Shown piece after piece: positions 40,521 to 49,276 of a DNA stretch of 64,000 nt (its first letter is position 1; each line of letters opens with the position of its first letter). The DNA is taken from assembly GCA_016933575.1 (NCBI GenBank), contig JAFGAR010000146.1:32001-96000 (forward strand), read 5' to 3'. The DNA comes from Candidatus Thorarchaeota archaeon. GTDB lineage: Archaea; Asgardarchaeota; Thorarchaeia; Thorarchaeales; Thorarchaeaceae. Position numbers and translations under genes: made by a program. The notes below the pieces were generated by a model. That model saw only the letters and a program-made list of their open reading frames with translations. It was not told where the DNA came from and searched no databases.

Positions 40521-41605
40521 GAATGAATTCACCATTAGAACAGATTCATGATGCAATACGGCATGCAACTGTGCATGCACGAGGCCAATCGATTAATAGA
40601 CGAAAAGCACGAGATCCTACTAGACCAGCGGCAGCATGGGTTGCACCAGGGCGAATCGGTCAAGACCAAGGAAAAGCTCTCTCAATTGTTCTCTCCACAA
40701 TTGGTTGTGCTCATGCCAGAAGTGATGAGGGCGGTTGCACAATGTGTAGTTATCTCTTGGATGGTTCGAGCACTAGTCCATCCTCTGAGGACTTCTATAA
40801 TCAGTTTCAGACTGCGATGGCCAAGCTTGATGGCTTACCTGCACCTCTGTCAGTGAAGATTTACACTAGCGGGAGTTTTCTTGACGAAAGCGAAATTCCT
40901 ATTGAAGCCAGAAACAAAATCCTAGGAGATCTCTCAAGCGACACTCGAATTAGGGAGGTTGTTCTTGAGTCACGCCCTGAATACATAGAGGAGTCCACTA
41001 TGATGCATATTCGAGAGACCCTAGGAGATCGAATTGTAGAGCTCGGTATTGGTCTTGAGAGCAGTAATGACACTGTGAGGTTTCTATGCATCAACAAGAA
41101 CTTCGACCTGAAGTCCTTCAAAGAGTCTGTCCAGTCTGCCAAGAACCATGATATTGGAATCCGAGCCTATGTCCTCCTAAAACCTCCATTTCTCACAGAA
41201 CAATCTGCTCTCATCGATGCGCAAAACACTGTGACAGATGCTATCTTCATGGGTGTGACCACAATATCGTTGAATCCTGTAAACGTGCAACGAAATACCC
41301 TGGTCGAGACCCTTTGGGAAAAGGGCAAATTCAGACCCCCTTGGTTATGGAGTGTTGTTGAGGTACTGCGCCATGCACATGAGTCTGCAAAAGGAAAAGT
41401 CAATGTAGTATGTGACCCTGTAGCTGCGGGAAAGATACGTGGAACCCATAACTGTGGAAAGTGCGATTCTGCAGTGGTTGAAGCAATCAGAGCCTTTTCA
41501 CTGACCCAAGATGTGCATGTATTTGATAATCTGGACTGCGACTGCAAAACTCTCTGGAAACACACTCTTGAACACGAGGATATATCCCTTGTAATCCATA
41601 AGTGA
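40517..41605 (+). CDS. Archaeosine biosynthesis radical SAM protein RaSEA
   Basis: GCAHARSDEGGCTMC, KIYTSGSF, ESRPEY, LLKPPFLTE, RPPWLWS, RGTHNC; overlaps arcS. Confidence 0.92.
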   Translation: MRMNSPLEQIHDAIRHATVHARGQSINRRKARDPTRPAAAWVAPGRIGQDQGKALSIVLSTIGCAHARSDEGGCTMCSYLLDGSSTSPSSEDFYNQFQTAMAKLDGLPAPLSVKIYTSGSFLDESEIPIEARNKILGDLSSDTRIREVVLESRPEYIEESTMMHIRETLGDRIVELGIGLESSNDTVRFLCINKNFDLKSFKESVQSAKNHDIGIRAYVLLKPPFLTEQSALIDAQNTVTDAIFMGVTTISLNPVNVQRNTLVETLWEKGKFRPPWLWSVVEVLRHAHESAKGKVNVVCDPVAAGKIRGTHNCGKCDSAVVEAIRAFSLTQDVHVFDNLDCDCKTLWKHTLEHEDISLVIHK

Positions 41606-41683
41606 TGCCAAATCACCACATAGTAAAAGTCATATGTCAAGTGCAGAGGGTTGCCTTTGTATACCGTAGTGAGGTTGTCATCT

Positions 41684-42037
41684 ATGTCTAGATATATCAC
41701 GAGTGTTCAAGTCTGGTTTTACAGTGAAGGAGCATCACCATCACAGGTTATGAAGAAACTACTAGAATTAGGATTCCGGCCTGTAAGAGGCGCTTATGAT
41801 TTCATATACGAACATAAAGACCCTAACATGTCCAATGGTGATCTTAGTACTGCGATTGTAGAGATAGCTGATGCAATCCACAAGACTCTAACTGGTTTTC
41901 GTGTCCTATACACATTAGACACCCACGAAATGGATGCGGATGATGAAACAGACTACATTCCGCTTGACGATATCGATGCGGAGCTCGAAGAAACAAGAAA
42001 AGAACTCGAGAGTATTGAGAAAGAAAAGCATGAATAA
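41684..42037 (+). CDS. Conserved archaeal hypothetical protein with acidic tail
   Basis: FYSEGASPS...LGFRPVRGAYDFIY; GAGGT RBS. Confidence 0.7.
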   Translation: MSRYITSVQVWFYSEGASPSQVMKKLLELGFRPVRGAYDFIYEHKDPNMSNGDLSTAIVEIADAIHKTLTGFRVLYTLDTHEMDADDETDYIPLDDIDAELEETRKELESIEKEKHE

Positions 42038-42048
42038 TCCTGGAATAA

Positions 42049-42070
42049 GCAGCGGATTCATCTCCGCTGC
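42049..42070. terminator. Hairpin between convergent genes
   Basis: GCAGCGGA-N6-TCCGCTGC. Confidence 0.45.
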
Positions 42071-42089
42071 CTCTATCCATTAGGTTAGC

Positions 42090-43880
42090 CTATAAAGAGG
42101 TCACTTCAGGTTCTCGGCGTTCGTACTCGCCCTCGCCTTGGACAGTAACTCTGATTTTCTTACTGTCTCCCGGATTCATGCGAGTCCAATTCCAGACCAT
42201 GTTTGTACCACCAGAAAATTCCTTGATCTCTGGCTGGTCATCTTCAGGGTCTGTTGAAATATACTCAAAGCCTGCTGGTATCCAATCAGTCATCTGAATG
42301 TTCTCAGCAGTGACCTCACCATTGTTTGATACAACCAGCACAATGAGATACTCGCCAGCTCCAGATCCCTTATTTATAGCCTTCTTTGTGGAGATAGCAC
42401 GTTTCTTGTAGATCACCCCAAGTTTGTGACCATCTTCAGGACTAGCAACCTCAACTGGGAGCCCTGCGGGATAGGTATTGCCATAGCAGGCGATTGGTGC
42501 TGGGTACTCTTTCTCTGGTCTGTTTCTCCAGGCCATTATTGCAAAATTGATTTTTACACTCTCACCTGGTTCAAGCTCACCTACAGAATCCTTCAAAGAT
42601 TCAAGTTTGAAAGTCAGATTATGTTTCTTCTCAGGATTCTGATCATCTGGGTCTATTACAAATTCATAGGGCCCGGTGTATTTCTCTCCACGGACCCATA
42701 TTGAGATGTGTTCACTGGTTGGTGGCATTACATCATCAGGAATGACATCATGAATCTCAATCTCATTGAGGCGCGCGGTGCCATTATTCTTCACTTCGAT
42801 GGTCACCTCGACAGGTGTCTTATCAAAACTATTTACAGAAGGCGGGTCAAATGTCTTCACATAGTCAATACTGTAACAGGGGACTTCTTGAGGAGTCTTT
42901 TCAATTGTGCCTAAGACTCGCTTGATGACTGCATTTACTGGTGTGTAAAGAAGTTCCTGTGTACACTTGGGAGTTTCCTTACTAGAGACAGAGAAAGAGG
43001 CTGACCATTCTTGATCTGGTCCCAGTTCGATGCTTGGTGCTGCATCAATCATTTTCTTTTTCTCACCACCACTTTCTGGTGTTAGGAAGACCTCTGCCTT
43101 GTCAAGTCGTACGATTAGATCACTCTCATTACTGCATTCAAGGGTGCAATCCCATTGATTTGGTTCAGTTTCAGCAGTTTCAATTCCAGTGAGAAATTCA
43201 GTCAGTGCAGTAAGATCTGGATCCAAAACTGATCTCTGTTGTCCTTCACCTTTGTAGCTCAGGACTATTTCACCTGCACTCTTTGGTTGCGTATCGTCTA
43301 TTTGACCAGTGGCTCCGATGACAAGGGTGCTCTCTTCTCGTGGGTACACAACAAAATCCTTCCAGACCAATTGTTTGGTTCCTTCATCATACTCTGCCTT
43401 CCCAGATTTGGCAGATAGAATTTCAATATTGGAAAGTTCTGCTGGAATGGTCTTGTTGAGAATGATGCTATCTATTTCTCCATCCGTTTCGTTTTTGATA
43501 GTGAGTGTAATTTTTACAGGGTTTTCTTTTCCAATTACATAAGCCCAGTGTGGAGCATCAGTTTCAATCTTACCACATGTATCGAAGACTTCTGTAAGTG
43601 TAACAATTGGAGCATCAACAGTTACCTTGTATCCGCTCTCCCATTTACCACCTACATCAATCTCTCCAGCTGAGAGCGTATCTTCGCTAATATCTGTCGT
43701 ACCTCGTGAATCACCAAGATGTACTCTGACATTCCAGATGCGGCTCTTCTCAGACACATTGATGACACTCAGGACACCTGATACATCAACGCTCTCGAGC
43801 TCGCTCGAACCTCTAAGAGTGGTCTTTTCAGATTCTTCGAGGTCGATTATTACTTTCTTCTTCATATTCTCACTCATCAA
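42090..43880 (-). CDS. Soluble all-beta protein with mu-homology-like and DUF11/Ig-like domains
   Basis: No signal peptide or TM; VIIDLEES...VDVSGVL and SGKAEYDEGTKQLVWK segments; repeated Ig-like motifs. Confidence 0.65.
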   Translation of the reverse strand: MMSENMKKKVIIDLEESEKTTLRGSSELESVDVSGVLSVINVSEKSRIWNVRVHLGDSRGTTDISEDTLSAGEIDVGGKWESGYKVTVDAPIVTLTEVFDTCGKIETDAPHWAYVIGKENPVKITLTIKNETDGEIDSIILNKTIPAELSNIEILSAKSGKAEYDEGTKQLVWKDFVVYPREESTLVIGATGQIDDTQPKSAGEIVLSYKGEGQQRSVLDPDLTALTEFLTGIETAETEPNQWDCTLECSNESDLIVRLDKAEVFLTPESGGEKKKMIDAAPSIELGPDQEWSASFSVSSKETPKCTQELLYTPVNAVIKRVLGTIEKTPQEVPCYSIDYVKTFDPPSVNSFDKTPVEVTIEVKNNGTARLNEIEIHDVIPDDVMPPTSEHISIWVRGEKYTGPYEFVIDPDDQNPEKKHNLTFKLESLKDSVGELEPGESVKINFAIMAWRNRPEKEYPAPIACYGNTYPAGLPVEVASPEDGHKLGVIYKKRAISTKKAINKGSGAGEYLIVLVVSNNGEVTAENIQMTDWIPAGFEYISTDPEDDQPEIKEFSGGTNMVWNWTRMNPGDSKKIRVTVQGEGEYERREPEVTSL

Positions 43881-43952
43881 TTATACACCCTTTGTCAATT
43901 ATTTCCTAGTTAGGGAATTTACTGGCTTCCGTATAAGCTCAAACGGAGAATA

Positions 43953-44666
43953 TCAGTTTAGCTCGTATCGAAACTCATTACCCGCGGCCCATTGCACTGT
44001 AAGAACTTGATTCGGTTCCATCACAACTGGTTTGGTTCCCTGTCCAAATTGCTCTACATATTTTGAGAACTTTATTGGTTGATCGTCGGCAGTCCATCGC
44101 ATTGGTATCCCAATACGCGGTTTCGCATCAATACATAGGCTTACAGCGTCTTTTACTGGGAAAGTCACTTTGCCTCCAATTGGAGCAATGAGAATATCCA
44201 TCTCTAGTTGTTCAAATGGCCCACGAATGGTAGTATCGCCAAGATACCCTACCTTCATTCCTCCCATCTCAATAATGAGACCGAGGTTTTCCATCCGTGC
44301 TCCTGTATCCTCATTGATTCTTGCTAGAGCATATGGAGTAATCCGTACATCGGGAATCTCATAGGGCACTTCTGCCTCCAGAACATGGAGAAGCCAAGGC
44401 TTTACGCCCTGTTCAGTAGCCTTCTCAGCTGCTTCTTTATTTCCGAGGAACCACGCCTTTGAGTTGACTGCAATTGTAGCGGCATTACCAATAGCATCAT
44501 CTGCGCTATTTGTAGCTATCACTACTCTTGGAATGAAATCATCTGGAACAACTGGTGTGTCATTCCATATTCCTGGATTCAATAGAATCTTTATTTCTTT
44601 AGACTCCAATACAAATGTTGTATATCCAAAGTAGGTGATACTTAGCAAACGATCACTTCCCGTCAA
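43953..44666 (-). CDS. Metallo-beta-lactamase-fold protein (UPF0173-like), degenerate
   Basis: ITYFGYTTF, ILLNP, YLGDT, PIGG and IPMRW layout; HxHxDH replaced by NSADDA. Confidence 0.75.
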   Translation of the reverse strand: MTGSDRLLSITYFGYTTFVLESKEIKILLNPGIWNDTPVVPDDFIPRVVIATNSADDAIGNAATIAVNSKAWFLGNKEAAEKATEQGVKPWLLHVLEAEVPYEIPDVRITPYALARINEDTGARMENLGLIIEMGGMKVGYLGDTTIRGPFEQLEMDILIAPIGGKVTFPVKDAVSLCIDAKPRIGIPMRWTADDQPIKFSKYVEQFGQGTKPVVMEPNQVLTVQWAAGNEFRYELN

Positions 44667-44882
44667 AGCTCACTAGCACGGTCTAGCCAGAGTCACTGTT
44701 GCTATGAAATCGATGTGCTAGTTACTTAAAAGGAAATTGCGAATCTATGCTGTTTTTGGCTCTCGCGAGGCGCTATTACAAGCAACTCATATTGGTCGAG
44801 TGCTACCTTTTTATGATTCCGCTTGCACACAGATATGTTGGTGTGAGTGCCTTTCCTATCTTAGTGGAGTGATTTAGATTCT

Positions 44883-46175
44883 ATGCTTGAGAAGATTCTC
44901 ACTGAAAAGTTCAGAAATACACTGAGACTGGTCTTTTCAGATATTAATAATCAACAAGATAGAAGAGACGAAGAAGAGTTTGCCAAAGACGAAGTCCGGA
45001 TTAAGGAGAAATTACTAGATACAATCGACCCATATCGCTCTGATATCATATTGGATGAAGACTTCTTAGTTGCAGCCATAGACGGATCTGGAACTGACAG
45101 TCTTGTAGTTCTTGATGATATCCGTGTTCATTTATTGAGTACATCCACTGTTGTTTTGAGTACAAATACTGCTAGTGAGCAGTTTTTCTCTCCAATCGAT
45201 AGAACCAGGCTTGAAGAAGAGCTCGGAGAACAGCCCCATATCGATGCACATTGGCACTCTGGTGTCCGAGGTGATGCCAGAAACAAGATGGCTGAGTCTT
45301 TGAGTTCTATCTACCCTCTGAAAGACCCTATTGATCTTGTTCTTCCTTTCTTTCGCGATTATACAGGGAATAAAATCCGATCTTTTACTGATTTTGCTGA
45401 ATCTGAATATATGCAATATGCAGAGAAGTTACGTGGTATGGAATCGCTCATCACACGAGAACAGGTACTGACAAACGTGTTAGTTCATGATGAGTTGAGA
45501 AAATGCAGTGAATATGCGGCAACACGACGACTTTTGAACAGTGATATCCAAACAAAATACATTCTGCTGGACGGAGCAATGTCTGTATTCATGCACTTTG
45601 TAAGACACTATCCATCAATGCCTACTGGTTTCATGCTCAGAGACCTCTGTGCATTAGCACGTCAAAAAGGCGTGATTCTCTGCGCGGTCAGTAAGAATCA
45701 TACAATTCCATTTGCACATCGAATTGCTAAGATGGCAAAGGATGTGCTGGGCGATGGAGCCAAGTGGTTCTGCCATCTTCCATGCAAAGATGACCCTGGC
45801 GGTGGGCTCCATATCATTGAGGAAAGAACGTATATTCCACCAATGCTTGCGGTTCCCTATCTCTTTAGTTTTTCACGTGACAACAGACCATCTAGAATTG
45901 ATTTTGACAGAATCTGGTGGTTGAAGAACATCTTTGTTGATGGTGACCCACAAGCAACTCGCGAGAACGAAAAGGCTCTCTTCAGAGAGATCGAATTCAT
46001 GTCCAGAGACGCTCGCTGGTACGGTTATCCAGTCCCATTAGCCTTGGCGCATGAAAGCTGCAAATTGAGTTATGAAGACCTTCGACTAGCAAAAGAGATT
46101 GTGCGAGATGTACGTCAGGAATTGGGATTAGATGATAGGAAGACAGACTCTTACCGAGCTGATTACAATTTATGA
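44883..46175 (+). CDS. nurA: NurA-domain nuclease
   Basis: VAAIDGS, ILLDGA, AVSK, GYPVPLALAHES. Confidence 0.85.
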   Translation: MLEKILTEKFRNTLRLVFSDINNQQDRRDEEEFAKDEVRIKEKLLDTIDPYRSDIILDEDFLVAAIDGSGTDSLVVLDDIRVHLLSTSTVVLSTNTASEQFFSPIDRTRLEEELGEQPHIDAHWHSGVRGDARNKMAESLSSIYPLKDPIDLVLPFFRDYTGNKIRSFTDFAESEYMQYAEKLRGMESLITREQVLTNVLVHDELRKCSEYAATRRLLNSDIQTKYILLDGAMSVFMHFVRHYPSMPTGFMLRDLCALARQKGVILCAVSKNHTIPFAHRIAKMAKDVLGDGAKWFCHLPCKDDPGGGLHIIEERTYIPPMLAVPYLFSFSRDNRPSRIDFDRIWWLKNIFVDGDPQATRENEKALFREIEFMSRDARWYGYPVPLALAHESCKLSYEDLRLAKEIVRDVRQELGLDDRKTDSYRADYNL

Positions 46176-46193
46176 TGATTTGAGGAGATACAA

Positions 46194-47954
46194 ATGGAAA
46201 TAGATCGAGATAGACTCGGCGAACTCTACGGAAAAGTAGGAGTTGGAAATCAGACCTCCCTAGGAATTATGGGAAGTAATCGTGACATCAGTGTGGGTGA
46301 GATCTTTATGATCTATTCTCACCGTGATAACCATGAACGTATCTTCTTTTTCAGAGTGTTAGGTCTTGAGAATTATCTTCGCCAAGTTGATGATATGGCA
46401 AGAGTCGCTGGTACACTTATGGTGGAAGGCGATGCATATCTATCAGGAATCGAACGGAATATGCTTCTCTCAGTCAACGGACGAATGCTTGGGTATGCTG
46501 AGAAGGAAAAAGGTGTATGGACCTTCAAATCTCCCCGAAGACTCCCCGATCACTTGGCTTCAGTGTATCGACCTGTTCCAGGAACCTCTGATGAATCTGT
46601 TCGTGAGATGTTAGCCTCCCAAACTGATGGCGATGTATATATCGGAGACCTTCAGGTCGGCGAGAAAACGCTTGATGTTCCTGTCATGATTCCCGCCAAG
46701 TTCTTGCCAATGCATGTTGGTATCTTCGGCTCAACAGGTGCTGGTAAGAGTAATCTCATGATGGTCCTCATCAAATCGTTGATTGATACGAATCTTGACA
46801 CGATTCGAAACCTCAACGAAGACCGGACTAGAGTGTCAGCATTTTGTATAGATCCTCATGACGAATTTGCAAAGGGTGTTGACAAGTATGGAATTCAGAG
46901 CATTGTCGAAGACATGAGCCCTTCAACTCGTACAGAAGTCATTGGTGATTATTATTATCTAACAACCCATAAACGTGCCACAACACGTGAGATTCGCAAG
47001 TATGCTCAGGAGATTCGTATACTCTGGTCTGAAATACAACCTCGTGATCTCTATTCGATTCGAGAATTCACTCCTGAGATGGCTTCATTTATTGACTCGC
47101 AATATGCTTCTGCTCAAGAGGACTGGATCAGCTCTATTCTAAGCATGGATGATGATGTCCCAGAAGTGCAAAAGGGAACAGTTCGAGCAGTGAAACGTAG
47201 GCTCGGATTCTTGCAGAGGTCTCCAATCTTCATTGAAAATGGCACCTCAATACTCGATGAGATATACATAGCAATGGAAACCGGTAGGATCCTTGTCGTC
47301 AATACAAGTCTAATGAGTGATACGGAGCAGTTCTTACTGACAACTATCGTTACCCGAACACTCTCTGATATGAGACGAGCCTTGAAGAGCAGTGGAAATC
47401 TGGCTGACTTTGAGAATCAGGGACAGATGCGTCTTCCCAGGGGTTTCTTCTCTCGAGTGCGAAAACAGGCTCGTGCATTCTATGGTAAAGGTGGAGTTGA
47501 TGATACATCAGAGGTCATCGATCCTCGAAAACTTCCGGTTATTCAGGTCACCGTGGAGGAAGCTCCATCGATTCTCAATCCAGAGCTCATGCGAGGACAA
47601 TCTGTCTTCAAGGACATATCTAGGCAAGGGCGGAAGTTCAATATTGGATTGCTTGTTGTCAGTCAACAAGTCAGTGTGCTTGATAATGTCATACTAAGTC
47701 AAATGAACACCGAGATTAATCTCAGGTTAGGAAATGAACGTGAAATACGGTCATGCATTGAGAATGCAAGCGTGAATATCTCTGGTTTTGAGAATGAATT
47801 CAGGGTCATGTCTCGTGGGGAAGGTATATTGACAGCTTCTTACCGAGAATTACCACTCCCAGTGCGAATTCCACTCTTTGATGACATATATGAGAAGGAT
47901 AAGCATAGGTACAAAGATACAAAGTCAAAGAAGACTGAAGAACATATACTATGA
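46194..47954 (+). CDS. herA: HerA/FtsK-family ATPase
   Basis: HVGIFGSTGAGKS, IDPHDE, VEEA, RQGRKF, VVSQ. Confidence 0.9.
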   Translation: MEIDRDRLGELYGKVGVGNQTSLGIMGSNRDISVGEIFMIYSHRDNHERIFFFRVLGLENYLRQVDDMARVAGTLMVEGDAYLSGIERNMLLSVNGRMLGYAEKEKGVWTFKSPRRLPDHLASVYRPVPGTSDESVREMLASQTDGDVYIGDLQVGEKTLDVPVMIPAKFLPMHVGIFGSTGAGKSNLMMVLIKSLIDTNLDTIRNLNEDRTRVSAFCIDPHDEFAKGVDKYGIQSIVEDMSPSTRTEVIGDYYYLTTHKRATTREIRKYAQEIRILWSEIQPRDLYSIREFTPEMASFIDSQYASAQEDWISSILSMDDDVPEVQKGTVRAVKRRLGFLQRSPIFIENGTSILDEIYIAMETGRILVVNTSLMSDTEQFLLTTIVTRTLSDMRRALKSSGNLADFENQGQMRLPRGFFSRVRKQARAFYGKGGVDDTSEVIDPRKLPVIQVTVEEAPSILNPELMRGQSVFKDISRQGRKFNIGLLVVSQQVSVLDNVILSQMNTEINLRLGNEREIRSCIENASVNISGFENEFRVMSRGEGILTASYRELPLPVRIPLFDDIYEKDKHRYKDTKSKKTEEHIL

Positions 47955-47965
47955 GGTCATCACCT

Positions 47966-49276
47966 ATGACTGTTCGAATTGCCCACATCTCTGATACGCA
48001 TCTCGGGTCTCGCCCAAGAGATGGTGTGAGGCATAACATCTGGGGGCAGGAGATGAAAGCTCAGCTCTTAGAGAATGATTTCTATGAGCGATTCACGGAG
48101 GTATTCGAGCGTATTGCAGCTCTTGACCCACCTGTCGATCTTGTCGTTCACTCAGGTGACCTCTATAATTCTCCTTGGGAGGGCAATCCATCGCAACCAC
48201 CTGTAGTCGCTCAGATAACTGCAATTGAAGTCCTTCAGCAGTTCATTCAGAATACAGGAATTCCAGTTGTGGTCATTGAAGGAAATCATGGTCTCTTTCG
48301 ATTGTACGAGGTCTCACTGCTCGATAGCCTGAGACTTTCAGTACCCGGTTTGAAAGTTGCAACACAACAAGACTTGAAAGAAGCAATCCGTGAAGGCAAA
48401 CCATTGGAATTCTCGTTTGAGAAAGTGGATGTTTTCTGTTTTCCATTCATAGACCCAGCAGTTCTCCGGTCATCAGAACTTATGAGTACCTTTGATGACT
48501 GGATCACAACACATCAAGGTCGTGATAGACTACGACCTGCTATTGCTATTGCTCATGGTATGGACCTTGATCATACACTATACAAATCCATCTTTTCAAT
48601 GAATTATGATTATATTGCTCTCGGACATGACCATCGACAGATCCGGCATTCGCCCAAAGCCTGGTACGCAGGTTCCCCTGAGCGCTGGAGATTTGATGAA
48701 GCTCGCCATGAAAAGGGGTTCCTTGTAGTCGATATCAAGACTGGTGAAGATCCTATTGTCTCTCCTCAGAAGTTTGAATTCATTCGTCCAGTTCTAAATG
48801 ATAAGATAGCAATCAGTGAGGATGATACTGCTGATTCCATTGTTGAGAAGATGGAGTCTTGGTTCGCTGAGAAAGGTCTTTCAGTGGCATGGGACCCGAA
48901 GACTGCAGCTCGAATAAGACTGGTTTTAGAAGGTCACTCAAAACGAGCAAGTTCTTTTGATGTTGGTGTTGCTCTTGAAACTCTTCGTCTGAGAGTTCTC
49001 TCTCAGGACTCGCCTTACAACATTGCACAATTAATTTGGATTCTTCGAGAGACCGGGGATGCTGAATTTACATCTGCATCATATCCTGAGATCGAGTCTG
49101 AGTATCTCATTGAAGACCCGGAGGAGGATTTCAAGAACTACCTTGCAACCCTCGAGATTGATAAGAGCTTTGACACTGAAATCCTCACAAAGATTGCAGT
49201 AGCTTCCCTTGAGTATGCTGTAGGAAAACGAAGTGGAAAGATGACTGCTCAGTCACTCACGGAGGCAGAAGAATGA
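47966..49276 (+). CDS. mre11: Mre11/SbcD metallophosphoesterase nuclease
   Basis: SDTHLG, HSGDLY, GNHG, AHG, LGHDH, YAGSPE. Confidence 0.88.
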   Translation: MTVRIAHISDTHLGSRPRDGVRHNIWGQEMKAQLLENDFYERFTEVFERIAALDPPVDLVVHSGDLYNSPWEGNPSQPPVVAQITAIEVLQQFIQNTGIPVVVIEGNHGLFRLYEVSLLDSLRLSVPGLKVATQQDLKEAIREGKPLEFSFEKVDVFCFPFIDPAVLRSSELMSTFDDWITTHQGRDRLRPAIAIAHGMDLDHTLYKSIFSMNYDYIALGHDHRQIRHSPKAWYAGSPERWRFDEARHEKGFLVVDIKTGEDPIVSPQKFEFIRPVLNDKIAISEDDTADSIVEKMESWFAEKGLSVAWDPKTAARIRLVLEGHSKRASSFDVGVALETLRLRVLSQDSPYNIAQLIWILRETGDAEFTSASYPEIESEYLIEDPEEDFKNYLATLEIDKSFDTEILTKIAVASLEYAVGKRSGKMTAQSLTEAEE

